The notes under the pieces were generated by a model. It saw nothing but the letters and a program-made list of their open reading frames with translations. It was not told where the DNA came from and made no database searches. Below are positions 26,981 to 36,627 of a stretch of DNA of 64,000 nucleotides, piece by piece (the stretch's first letter is position 1; each line of letters opens with the position of its first letter). The position numbers were made by a program, and so were the translations under genes. Source of the stretch: a virus (lineage: Duplodnaviria > Heunggongvirae > Uroviricota > Caudoviricetes); the IMG/VR virus record IMGVR_UViG_3300028591_000006, positions 64,001 to 128,000 of that record. The stretch is one strand, 5' to 3'.

Positions 26981-28903
26981 TTATACCTTTCTTACAGTTA
27001 TAGAATTAAGTTTACGTAAACCGTCTTCTGCACCAATTGAAAGAATACCTTCGTTCTCCATGCCCCAGTAACATCGGATGATACCCTCACGGAAAGAATA
27101 ATTTGTAAGGTCAAGAGAAACAAGCTGCTCAGTATGATAACCGATTGGCTGAGAAGGATTTGTTTCATCATAGATTTCACAAGTTGTTATACTTCCGGCT
27201 GTTTCTATTTCCTGGAAAGTATATACGGTGTCTGGTTCTTCTTCACTCTCAGAAGGTACAGTTAATGTATACCACCCTCTACCTGGTCTTTCATTTGAAT
27301 ATGATGGTATTGTAATTTTCTTATTAGATTCTTTTACAGCTTCTTCATAATAATGATAACCCTTAAGAATAAGACCTGTAGATGCATAAGGGCTTGAATC
27401 CTGAATGTCCTGAACGATTGCTGCAAGGTCGAGGTCTTCAAACAATGACGAATCTTTAGACTGTAAGTATGAAAGATTATAATACTGACTTGCTTTAGAT
27501 TTCACAAACTGCTCAAAAGCATCCTGAGAAGTTGTTGTAGTATATTCAAAAGCAAGATGTTGTCGAACCTCGGTGAAATCATAAACTTTCAGAACAGCAA
27601 TATCTTTATATGGTTCAATACGTGTGAGCAGACGTTCAATAATTTCATCAGCGAGTTTATTACCGTTAGGGTCTACAAGATAAACCTGAACAATACCTGT
27701 GATATCAAGAATCTGTTTTCCAGTTCGTATCCATCTTTCATAATCTGAAAGAACCATGCAATCACCGACTTCCGGCTGAGCATTAAACCATGCCGTATAT
27801 TCCGGAATAGAAGAAATATTTATTCCTGAATACAATCTTTGCTTGAGATAAAGACCAAGTTTACCAACAGAAGGTTCGTTAATAGCAACTGAAGATTTTG
27901 TGTTTTTTACATTCAATTTAACCTGATTCTCATTTACATCTTCATAAGAAGAGACGAAAGTAAGAGTGTCTGCTTTTATCTCACCCTGAATACCATCAGA
28001 CTTGATGTATGATACTTCGTAAGGATAACCATTAGGATTATTAACTTCACTTCCAGAGAAAATTTTAATGTACAAATATGAATCATAATAATATGCGAAG
28101 TATCCATTGCGAGGAACGGCATATGTATTTGTAAATTGAATAGGATTCAATTCATTTGTTTTTAATGAACGCTGCCATTTTTCACCATCATATGTAACTA
28201 CATCACCATTGCGGAATTCTGTTGTAAGACCATCCTCTGAGAATTTTGTCTGACCATCTGCGATTACCCAGTAAGACTGTCCTTTAATTCCATACGCATT
28301 CTGCAAAAATGGAGTTCCACCCCATTTATTATCCCCGTTTGACTGTGGTTTCCATGAACCAAGGAATGATAACTGGTCATAAGATGTTTCATAACTTACT
28401 TCAGGAATTTCCACACCGTTTACTTTTACTGTAAGATAAGACAAATCAGGGTTCGCAGCTTGAATCTTGATGATAGACTTGTATGTTCCTGTTTCGGTAA
28501 TCCTTGTTCCCTGGACAGCAGTAACGGTACGTTCATCGGTACCAAGCAATGTTATGTTTTCCATCAACGTGTATATGATACCGTCATCTGTTGTAAGTTC
28601 ATCGTATTGAGCAATTTCGGTTCTTTCATACTGGGGGTCTGTTGCTGGTGGTTGAGCAAGCGATACTGATACCTGAGTTGTAGCTGTTGTACGATATGGA
28701 ATCTTCTGTAGGAAAAACGCAAGCCACGAACGCATTGTATCATCAGAGAAATTATTAATATCTGTGAACTCAGCATTAATACGATTCTGCTCTTCGAGAA
28801 TAGATTTTTCCATATTTACACCGATAGCTGACCAGAGATTATAAAGTTCAGTTTCTCGTTCTTCTGAACTGAAATATGTAGCAAATTGATTCAAAAAAGC
28901 CAT
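26981..28903 (-). CDS. Baseplate wedge subunit (gp6/BplJ-like)
   Basis: 640 aa; TATTQV..L, YTL.ENI, V.A.QG, Y.V.Y..SDG..G, I....Y.A pattern; follows gp25-like gene. Confidence 0.7.
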   Translation of the reverse strand: MAFLNQFATYFSSEERETELYNLWSAIGVNMEKSILEEQNRINAEFTDINNFSDDTMRSWLAFFLQKIPYRTTATTQVSVSLAQPPATDPQYERTEIAQYDELTTDDGIIYTLMENITLLGTDERTVTAVQGTRITETGTYKSIIKIQAANPDLSYLTVKVNGVEIPEVSYETSYDQLSFLGSWKPQSNGDNKWGGTPFLQNAYGIKGQSYWVIADGQTKFSEDGLTTEFRNGDVVTYDGEKWQRSLKTNELNPIQFTNTYAVPRNGYFAYYYDSYLYIKIFSGSEVNNPNGYPYEVSYIKSDGIQGEIKADTLTFVSSYEDVNENQVKLNVKNTKSSVAINEPSVGKLGLYLKQRLYSGINISSIPEYTAWFNAQPEVGDCMVLSDYERWIRTGKQILDITGIVQVYLVDPNGNKLADEIIERLLTRIEPYKDIAVLKVYDFTEVRQHLAFEYTTTTSQDAFEQFVKSKASQYYNLSYLQSKDSSLFEDLDLAAIVQDIQDSSPYASTGLILKGYHYYEEAVKESNKKITIPSYSNERPGRGWYTLTVPSESEEEPDTVYTFQEIETAGSITTCEIYDETNPSQPIGYHTEQLVSLDLTNYSFREGIIRCYWGMENEGILSIGAEDGLRKLNSITVRKV

Positions 28904-29175
28904 TAGTTCATTTCTCCTAATCGTGATACATCTACACTAATATCATAGAATTGTATTCTTGAATTTCTACCATCGAAAGTAACGTTTGGTCCAAGGTCTT
29001 TGAAAGCGAGTTTTATTGCTGCAATCTGACTCCCATATACAAATTCTGCGATATCTACACCCCTTTCATAGTAAGGAATGTCTGAAGTGGTATGTAAAAG
29101 TCGTGTATTCATTCGTTTCAAAAGAGCTTCTTTACCGTTATATTTTTTTGACAATGTTTCATCAAATTCAATCAT
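28903..29175 (-). CDS. Baseplate wedge gp25-like protein
   Basis: RL.T....IPY..RG motif; start ATG 29175 just after late promoter 29179-29188. Confidence 0.55.
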   Translation of the reverse strand: MIEFDETLSKKYNGKEALLKRMNTRLLHTTSDIPYYERGVDIAEFVYGSQIAAIKLAFKDLGPNVTFDGRNSRIQFYDISVDVSRLGEMN

Positions 29176-29203
29176 ATAAAATATATAAAAAGAATAAGAA
29201 GAT

Positions 29204-29542
29204 TTAATCAATCATTACAGACGTTTGATTACAATTAGCAACAACAATAGTTGCTGATTCAGTTGCTCCTGTATTTGGATTTGTTAATGTTATTGTTAAT
29301 TTATCTCCCATAAGTACTATAGGTATATTGTCCGCAGATGTTTGAATAGATGTACCTTTTATTATACCACCACCTGCAAAAGCACCGTGTGTTGCTGTGA
29401 ATGATATTGCTGTAAATACGGGAAAATTATCAACCATTATTGAAGTATCAACTTGACTTGCAGGTGGTGGTAATATAGCCGTTACTGCTCCGGATAATGT
29501 TGTTGCAGTAGCTGCTGGATTATATACACATACTAGTTTCAT
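29204..29542 (-). CDS. Spike-tip (PAAR-like) protein
   Basis: 112 aa after spike gene; G.I.GT..K.S.D..P.V..GD pattern. Confidence 0.55.
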   Translation of the reverse strand: MKLVCVYNPAATATTLSGAVTAILPPPASQVDTSIMVDNFPVFTAISFTATHGAFAGGGIIKGTSIQTSADNIPIVLMGDKLTITLTNPNTGATESATIVVANCNQTSVMID

Positions 29543-30288
29543 ATAGTTACCTGCAAATGATTATTTACATTAAATCCGGCATTAGCTGTAATATTACATT
29601 GTGCTGTAGCCTGAATCTCGCAATTCTGAGTTGCTGTGATTTTCGTACTTCCAGTAGATTGTATTTCGCAATTCTGTTTTGCTGTGATTTTGGTATTTCC
29701 AGTTGTATCTATTGTGCAGTCTTTTTTAGCAACTACTTTACAGTTTGAGTTGGTATAAATCTGTATATCATTGTCTGAATCTACGTTTACTTTACCTGAG
29801 GAAATAATGTTTATCTCTGAACCGTAAGTATAAATCTTATCGTTTTTATCTATGAGAATAAATCCGTTGTTTTGATGTATTACTGTATAATCATCTGTCT
29901 TAATCATATAGCTGTCTACACCAATACGCTCAGCACCTACAGTATCTTTAGGTTCATAACCTTGTATGTTTCCACCATTTACAGATTTTTTGGTGTCAAA
30001 CTTTTCGTAAAATTGTTTATCAATTTCATCTGGATTTTTATACAAAACAGGATACATGAGATTACCCTGATGAAATTCAACCAATACTTTATCGTCTTTT
30101 CGTAATGGTAAAGACATAGCCCAGAACGGAACATAAGTAAGAGGATATCCGGTACCTTTTTGAAAGAATTCATCAATAAGAACATTGCAATAAAGTTTCT
30201 TTTCACGTTTTACCGTATCAATCATGTCTTCAACAAGAGTTCCTATATAGACACCTGTTGCCTCTACGCCTATAAATTGTTCAGCCAT
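29539..30288 (-). CDS. Baseplate central spike (gp5/gpV-like OB fold plus beta-helix)
   Basis: PL..DDKVLVEF.QG....P OB-fold motif; C-terminal 8-aa repeats NCEIQ.TG.TKITA. Confidence 0.75.
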   Translation of the reverse strand: MAEQFIGVEATGVYIGTLVEDMIDTVKREKKLYCNVLIDEFFQKGTGYPLTYVPFWAMSLPLRKDDKVLVEFHQGNLMYPVLYKNPDEIDKQFYEKFDTKKSVNGGNIQGYEPKDTVGAERIGVDSYMIKTDDYTVIHQNNGFILIDKNDKIYTYGSEINIISSGKVNVDSDNDIQIYTNSNCKVVAKKDCTIDTTGNTKITAKQNCEIQSTGSTKITATQNCEIQATAQCNITANAGFNVNNHLQVTI

Positions 30289-30290
30289 AA

Positions 30291-31133
30291 TTACCTTCCC
30301 ATATATTTAATATTAGCAAAACTATGTACATAAGCATTCGTTTTTAGAACATCAATTCTCGAATATGCACACAAGTAAGACAATCCAGTATCAAACTCGG
30401 GAATATTTTCAAACTTCATAGTGTATACACTCATAAACGATGCTGGTATTGCTGTCTGAATAGTAAACTTCTTTCCAATCATTTTACTGAGAAAGTCTTT
30501 CTGATTCCACACTTTAGCACCATGAGCTGATGAAAATGCTGTTTCTATCTGGTCATTTTGAAACATAATTTTATCTGAACCAAGTAATAAAGGGTCAAAC
30601 TCCATATTGGTTGCCTTCTGTGTTACAATACTTCTCCATGTACGACTAATTAATTCTTTAGTTCCGGCATAAATATAAACAGCTTCACTAAAATCATCAG
30701 GCTTCTTCACCTTAGCCTGTTCAAGTGAATATAATCTGTTATCCTGAATAAAATTGCCGGCATACTGATTGATTATAGGACACGGAACTTTAAGACTCGA
30801 ACTTTGTCTTGATAAGTCGAGTCGCAAAGCTCTTGCAAGTTCCTGAGTATTTGCGATAGGTTTTGAAATCAGTGTATACAGAGATTTAGGACATGCAGAG
30901 AGTTCATAATGCCAAGTACCATTCGAACCTGTAGATTCAGAAACTGACATTGGCACCCAGTCTATTTCGTAATATGTGAAATAATAATCTGGACTTTCTT
31001 CAAAAGTACATTTACCTGCACATTCAAAAATGATATCAAGGAATGTACTACATGCGAAAAAATCATCTATGATAAATCCTTTAAGAATCTGACCTTCTCC
31101 AAGGTCAAGATTTATTTGTCTACCTTTTGCCAT
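30291..31133 (-). CDS. Putative baseplate hub protein
   Basis: Position upstream of spike; inference from gene order. Confidence 0.45.
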   Translation of the reverse strand: MAKGRQINLDLGEGQILKGFIIDDFFACSTFLDIIFECAGKCTFEESPDYYFTYYEIDWVPMSVSESTGSNGTWHYELSACPKSLYTLISKPIANTQELARALRLDLSRQSSSLKVPCPIINQYAGNFIQDNRLYSLEQAKVKKPDDFSEAVYIYAGTKELISRTWRSIVTQKATNMEFDPLLLGSDKIMFQNDQIETAFSSAHGAKVWNQKDFLSKMIGKKFTIQTAIPASFMSVYTMKFENIPEFDTGLSYLCAYSRIDVLKTNAYVHSFANIKYMGR

Positions 31134-31387
31134 TATTCACTCTCATTAAAGAAATATTTCTGATAAAGATTGTCTGTAACAACATATCGGGTGCCTGTCG
31201 AAAGTGTTATAGGCGATGCAACCGATACATAATTATTCAACAACTCAGCTTTCATGGATTTCTGTCCAATAGAGTCGAGAATCTTATCAGGTCTATGATT
31301 CCATCTCTCAGGAATAAATATCTCAGAGGCATCCCCTATCAGAAATAGATTTGCAACACCTCTTGGAAGTTTCACCGGTTTTATCAT
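31133..31387 (-). CDS. Small baseplate protein (gp53/tailX-like)
   Basis: HRPDKI...I...LL..N motif; position. Confidence 0.45.
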   Translation of the reverse strand: MIKPVKLPRGVANLFLIGDASEIFIPERWNHRPDKILDSIGQKSMKAELLNNYVSVASPITLSTGTRYVVTDNLYQKYFFNESE

Positions 31388-31397
31388 AAGTTTCTCC

Positions 31398-32399
31398 TTA
31401 AATTTTCTTTGTGGTAGCTTTGAATATTTTCTTTACATTTTCTCCAACATCGCTGCCGAATGTAGCAATACTATCAAGAAGTGATGACATAGCACCTTGA
31501 GAATTCGCAAATTGACTTATCATAAAATCACCATTAGTCTGACAATAGTTTACATCCATAACCGTTGCCTGAACAGTACATTTTGCCCACAAAGGATAAC
31601 CATAAGTATCCATATTTGGAGAATATTCGACATCTACCTTCTCAAGATAAACACCACCAAAAGCAAAAAGATTACCAATAACTAATGTAACAGCATCTCC
31701 ACCTTTATCTCCTACAGATTCACCGCTATCGCTTGATATTGTAGTGTTAGACTTATTATCGGGAGAATATCTAACTGAAGGACCAGGAATTGCAAATTCT
31801 GTTGCAATGGCATCTACACCGGCTGTTATGAGACCTTTTCCACCATCTGTATTTGCTCGTGAAGTATCGATTCCCCTAGCATTGTCCAGAGTCTTCTTTA
31901 TCTGCTCACCAGTTCCCAAATCTCGTGGAAATACAAAAGAAAGAAGTGCTTGTGTTGGTTCCCAAACATCTGTTTTACCGCCATTTCCATCTTCAATAAA
32001 ATTAAAAGAGAAACTGAATGAGAAAGGTTTTGTGGAATTCCAGAACTTACGATTCATCCAAGGTTGTTGAATAGAAGTACCTCGGAATCCTTGAAGTCCT
32101 TTATTAACCATATTGACGAGAGAACCACCTATAGCAGTAATACCACCACCGAACATCTCTTCCCATTTAGACTCTCCGGAAAGTTTTATACCTTCATTCA
32201 GAATACCACATACACGTCTTCGTTTATTTTTACATGCAATAAGTATTTCTTGAGGATTGTTTTCTTTGAGAGAATTTGTTCCGACGAACTCTGAACCACC
32301 AGTAACAAACTGGTCTTCAATTCGCATAAAATTAGCTGTACCGAACTCAGATACACCCAAACTACTTGCTAGATTAGTTACTATATTTGCTAATGCCAT
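31398..32399 (-). CDS. Tail tube initiator/baseplate (gp48-like) protein
   Basis: PFSFSFSFNF..., VYLEKVDVEYSP, P...C.VQ.T tube-fold pattern. Confidence 0.55.
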   Translation of the reverse strand: MALANIVTNLASSLGVSEFGTANFMRIEDQFVTGGSEFVGTNSLKENNPQEILIACKNKRRRVCGILNEGIKLSGESKWEEMFGGGITAIGGSLVNMVNKGLQGFRGTSIQQPWMNRKFWNSTKPFSFSFSFNFIEDGNGGKTDVWEPTQALLSFVFPRDLGTGEQIKKTLDNARGIDTSRANTDGGKGLITAGVDAIATEFAIPGPSVRYSPDNKSNTTISSDSGESVGDKGGDAVTLVIGNLFAFGGVYLEKVDVEYSPNMDTYGYPLWAKCTVQATVMDVNYCQTNGDFMISQFANSQGAMSSLLDSIATFGSDVGENVKKIFKATTKKI

Positions 32400-32406
32400 A
32401 TTTTAC

Positions 32407-34230
32407 CTACCTGTTTGAAGAATTAGAGTTCAATGGATTGTCCTTGTTATGAGTTGTATCAATATTAAGGTCAAGCTGCATATCATGAGCAAAATCTTTG
32501 TAAGCCTGTTTCCAAGGTTCGTACTTTTCATTAACCCATCGTTCTTGGTCAGTTGCCTTAGCAAATGTAAATGCTTTTCCATTGTTATCCTGATATTGTT
32601 GTAGAACATTATCTATAGCACCTTGATATCCCTCTTTTCCAAAAGTTTCTGCCTGAAATGCTGTAAGAGTACCTTCAGATACACGTTTTGATATTGCTTC
32701 TCCAACAAGTTCCGATTTCCTATTTTCCTGCTCTAAAATAAGATTCTCTTGTCTGCGTTCATATTCACTATCCGACATCGGTCCTTTCTTGGAACGAGCA
32801 AGAAGGTCTTCATAACGTTCTGCCTTAGCAACCAATTCAGGAGATGCATTGTTCAATATCTCCCTAGCATCATTCTCGTAATTTCTCTTAATATCAAGTT
32901 TGGCATCAAAAGCGGAATTTGCAGCTAGCAAACGTGAATTCAAATCTTCTTCACTTTCACCCTTATACTTCTTGCGAATAGCCGATAGATAGTCCTGTCT
33001 ATATTTTTCTACACCTTCATCTGTACTTAAATCATAATCTTTTTTCTTAAGCGATTCAGCACCGGCTAAACTGAAAAGTTCTTTGTCTCCCTTCTGTTGA
33101 GCCTTTTCCAAAGCTGTTCTATATTGTGATAATTCTTTGTCTTTCTTAAGACCTTTAAGTTCATCCTTTTCTTCACTGCTTATTCCACCAAATGAGAAAC
33201 CTGGGAAATGAATCTGTGACATTATTCTTTCACCAGCAAGTTGTAATTTTTTAGGAATAGTTTCGACGTTGGAACGTATCTCAGCAATGGCAATATCACG
33301 TTTGACAGGCATTTCAGCAAGCCATGTGTATAACTTACCTTTAAGCCACATCCAGATTTGAGAACCTATAACAACAACACTTCCAAGTAAAGCTGCCAAT
33401 CCGGCAAATTTCCCCACAATACTTCCAACAACATAACCTATGGACTGTGTAGCATTAAGCTGTTTATCTCTATCTTTTTTCTCATCAGCCTTCTCAGCTT
33501 CTTGCTTATCTTTTTCCTGTTTACCAGTTTTATCATCGTTGATAAGCTCTTTAAGATTTTCTATATTTTCCTGTTGAGCAGATTTAATTTCATCAAAATT
33601 ATCTTCAATGAGTTCAGTAAGGTCTGTAAGTTGAGTATTAATTGTCGCAACTTCTGGGGAAGAAGATACCGTTCCCTGACTAGTGTTATTTTTATCAGTT
33701 TTACTACCACTACGAGCATCCTTAAAACCCTGTAGAAATCCACTCGAAAAATCTTTTACTGTTTTGTCTATAAGATTAGACATTGTTTTAAGAGGATTAT
33801 CGAGTGATGTAACTACAGAATTAAATCCTGCCTGAACTTTAGCCTGAGTTTCTTTCCAGTCACGCTCTTCCTGAGCTTTTTTCCGCTGACGGTCAAGTTC
33901 ATCCTGTCGTTGAAGTTTTCTTTGATATTCTTGCCATTTAATATATTTCTCTTGTTCATATTTTGCGGCAAGGGCTGCATCAGCTTTTCCACCAGATGCA
34001 ACTTCTCCACCTTTCATTCCTTTTTTTACAAGGTCAGATTTGTTAACACCGACAGTTACAGCCTTTTCAATGTCTTTGTAATGAACCGGAACATCATCAT
34101 CCGCTAAAGACTCTGCGATTGTCTCCATTGATTTAACGATGATTGTACCAAGGTCTCTACTTGCAATTGGTGTAGATTCTTGGGTTGCCGGAAGAGTTGA
34201 ACCTGTATCGCCACGAGAATATATAGCCAT
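32407..34230 (-). CDS. Tape-measure-like helical protein
   Basis: 607 aa, charged coiled coils plus central hydrophobic segment; follows chaperone-like genes; late promoter 34251-34260. Confidence 0.6.
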   Translation of the reverse strand: MAIYSRGDTGSTLPATQESTPIASRDLGTIIVKSMETIAESLADDDVPVHYKDIEKAVTVGVNKSDLVKKGMKGGEVASGGKADAALAAKYEQEKYIKWQEYQRKLQRQDELDRQRKKAQEERDWKETQAKVQAGFNSVVTSLDNPLKTMSNLIDKTVKDFSSGFLQGFKDARSGSKTDKNNTSQGTVSSSPEVATINTQLTDLTELIEDNFDEIKSAQQENIENLKELINDDKTGKQEKDKQEAEKADEKKDRDKQLNATQSIGYVVGSIVGKFAGLAALLGSVVVIGSQIWMWLKGKLYTWLAEMPVKRDIAIAEIRSNVETIPKKLQLAGERIMSQIHFPGFSFGGISSEEKDELKGLKKDKELSQYRTALEKAQQKGDKELFSLAGAESLKKKDYDLSTDEGVEKYRQDYLSAIRKKYKGESEEDLNSRLLAANSAFDAKLDIKRNYENDAREILNNASPELVAKAERYEDLLARSKKGPMSDSEYERRQENLILEQENRKSELVGEAISKRVSEGTLTAFQAETFGKEGYQGAIDNVLQQYQDNNGKAFTFAKATDQERWVNEKYEPWKQAYKDFAHDMQLDLNIDTTHNKDNPLNSNSSNR

Positions 34231-34260
34231 AAATTATTCCTTATTATAATAAATATATAA

Positions 34261-34542
34261 TTAGCTAGAAATAAGTCCATGAAGATTGTTATAGAGATTC
34301 TGTGTTTCGCTATCTTTCAATAAGCAATTGAATTCATGAAGTTCCCAGATTTTCATATTAAGCAATGAATCAATAGAACCGAGGCCGAACATAGATAACG
34401 GAAGTATTACACCCTGATAGAACTCATAAATATTTCTGGAATCACGATTAATAAGTGACTCCAGCGAGTAAGGGAATGTTGTATAACACCTTACCACCGC
34501 ACTTCTTACATTTAAGTTCGTAAGTTTTATTCTGAACTCCAA
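34261..34542 (-). CDS. Small gp51-like/tail chaperone extension ORF, lacking a convincing own start
   Basis: SIDSLLNMKIWEL..F..LL motif; overlaps the upstream gene in +1 frame. Confidence 0.55.
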   Translation of the reverse strand: MEFRIKLTNLNVRSAVVRCYTTFPYSLESLINRDSRNIYEFYQGVILPLSMFGLGSIDSLLNMKIWELHEFNCLLKDSETQNLYNNLHGLISS

Positions 34543-35212
34543 ACTTACTTACTTCTTCAACTTTATCAAAAAGTTCATTTATAAAATTATACGGATTACA
34601 ATCAAGATAATTCATAAGTCCATCGAATGTACTGTTTTCATTAAAGAATCGTTCTCCTTTCTCATCTACAAGATGTAAGATTCCTCTCATATACAGATAT
34701 TGAAATGAAGTATCATGAGATTTGAAAATCTCATCATGCTGCACATTTTTTACTGTCTGAAAATAATCGTACAAAGCACATTCAAGATTCATTGTTGGTG
34801 GCATAATCTTGTATGTCTTTTCGGTCTTTTCTGTACGGAAAACGATTTCTGGTACTTTATAATCTTCTGGTGTAGGATTAAGGTCTTCATCCGAAAGGAA
34901 AGCTGTAACTTCATGCGGTTCATTACAAAAATTACCGTTACTATCTGTACAACGACATCTTACTGTAAATTTAAGTTTATTCTCTAAGGAATGGATTTTT
35001 ACAAGCATGAACAGATGACGCAATTCGCTTAATGTAAGTTGATTAGCGTCTTCTTCCATAAGGTCATTAAGGATAGATGTTACTACACTTTCAGGAAGTT
35101 CGCCATCACTGGTTGCTAATGTTCCATAGTGCCTTCCCGTCATACAAAGGTCGATGTTTACCTCTTTAAGTTGTGATAATTGTGGTGCTGGAAATCTAAT
35201 TGTTTTTCTCAT
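34448..35212 (-). CDS. gp26-like baseplate hub/tail assembly chaperone with Zn fingers
   Basis: L..LF.LVK.HS...F.V.CxC..C and C-terminal CKKC. Confidence 0.65.
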   Translation of the reverse strand: MRKTIRFPAPQLSQLKEVNIDLCMTGRHYGTLATSDGELPESVVTSILNDLMEEDANQLTLSELRHLFMLVKIHSLENKLKFTVRCRCTDSNGNFCNEPHEVTAFLSDEDLNPTPEDYKVPEIVFRTEKTEKTYKIMPPTMNLECALYDYFQTVKNVQHDEIFKSHDTSFQYLYMRGILHLVDEKGERFFNENSTFDGLMNYLDCNPYNFINELFDKVEEVSKFGVQNKTYELKCKKCGGKVLYNIPLLAGVTY

Positions 35213-35238
35213 TGTTTACTCCTTATAAAATTATATAA

Positions 35239-35997
35239 TTATTTCACATCTTTCCAATGTTCGCCATCAATATCAAGTATCTGAAGATTAGTATGATTTT
35301 TCTTAAACTCAGGGATACGGGAATATGTAACTGTCACTTTATGTAATCCCGTTCCACCTTTATTCGCAGCTGTTCGACTAATCCTTGTAGGATATATACG
35401 AGGATATGTGGTTATACCTGTTGGTTTTGCACCTATAGGAATCTCTGGTTTCATACTATCAAGTGCTGAACTAAGAACATTTGGTAGAACAGCATTTGGT
35501 AATCTTTCAAGAGTAGAAACAATCACGTTCTTATAAGCCATATACTCACCGGCTGTGAGTGTATCTTCAAACTCAATATAACGGGCACGGGCACAAAGTT
35601 CACATGGTGCATTAAAATAAACACCTGTTCCACCACGAATCATGTTATACCAGGTCTTATGAAAGTTATAAACAGAATTAATACTATCTTCGAGATACGT
35701 TACTACAATGTTTTGTAGTTTTACACGTTTTGGAATCTCATAAGTCACCGGACCATTGTTCATCTGTTCTATTTCAAATTCATCATCCGGAAGGTTTACC
35801 TGTTCTGCTAACTGAGAAACGTATCCGCAATAAACAATATTTCCAAGAGTTGCTGTCTGCATTGCCTGAAGAACAAGATTTTCTTCAGAACTTGCCAGAC
35901 TTTGCGGATAGTAACTCTCGAAGGATGGTGCATCAATCATCCAGAGGAATTTGTATTCTTTTTTAAGGTCAGTTAGTGGTAATGTTCGTGGTAACAT
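35239..35997 (-). CDS. Tail-tube-like protein (gp54-like)
   Basis: IVVTYLED...SVY.F..TW motif paralogous to tube. Confidence 0.6.
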   Translation of the reverse strand: MLPRTLPLTDLKKEYKFLWMIDAPSFESYYPQSLASSEENLVLQAMQTATLGNIVYCGYVSQLAEQVNLPDDEFEIEQMNNGPVTYEIPKRVKLQNIVVTYLEDSINSVYNFHKTWYNMIRGGTGVYFNAPCELCARARYIEFEDTLTAGEYMAYKNVIVSTLERLPNAVLPNVLSSALDSMKPEIPIGAKPTGITTYPRIYPTRISRTAANKGGTGLHKVTVTYSRIPEFKKNHTNLQILDIDGEHWKDVK

Positions 35998-36016
35998 CTC
36001 AACTCCTTAATGGAGA

Positions 36017-36577
36017 TTAAATCTGCTTACCACGCATTTCAGGAACGTTCTGATTTCTATCCCAAGAGATGTTTACAGTAAGTTTATTAACCTCAGTTCC
36101 ACCTTTGTTTACTTCACCGATATCAACACCATAAACACGCACACCAATAAGACGACGATAAGCGGTAATTGTTTCTTTAGTTACAGAAACCATGGCAACA
36201 CCAATATTGAATTTAGCTTCAATACCGAACACGCCAGCCTGGTTATCTTCGTTACCTGTAAGGTCTTTAAGTGCTGAGAAGAAGTCATAACACCACATCT
36301 CTTCATCAACATAGAAACTTAAATCTGTCTCACGAGTAGATTCATCAACACCTGGAATATTGAAGAATTCACCTGCCCATGGAATTTTAATTTTAGCAGT
36401 TTTACGGTCAGCAAAGATAGCCTTTTCGTTATAAATATCAGCAATGCTGCTGAACTGCAAAGCCTTTGGAAATTTAGCCATTACAGGTGCTGGAACATCT
36501 TCGATAAAAATCTTATATAAATAGTTTCTTTGGAAATCACCAATAGTTGCATGTACATCTCTACAAGAAATACCCAT
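36017..36577 (-). CDS. Tail tube protein (gp19-like)
   Basis: FQRNYLY.I.I, IKIPWAG..FNIPG, ..W; follows sheath; late promoter 36594-36603. Confidence 0.8.
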   Translation of the reverse strand: MGISCRDVHATIGDFQRNYLYKIFIEDVPAPVMAKFPKALQFSSIADIYNEKAIFADRKTAKIKIPWAGEFFNIPGVDESTRETDLSFYVDEEMWCYDFFSALKDLTGNEDNQAGVFGIEAKFNIGVAMVSVTKETITAYRRLIGVRVYGVDIGEVNKGGTEVNKLTVNISWDRNQNVPEMRGKQI

Positions 36578-36601
36578 ATTATTCTCCTTTAAGAAATATA
36601 T

Positions 36602-36623
36602 AAAGGGAGCTTATACTCCCTTT
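36602..36623 (-). terminator. Stem-loop after sheath gene
   Basis: AAAGGGAG-6-CTCCCTTT. Confidence 0.6.
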
Positions 36624-36627
36624 AAGA

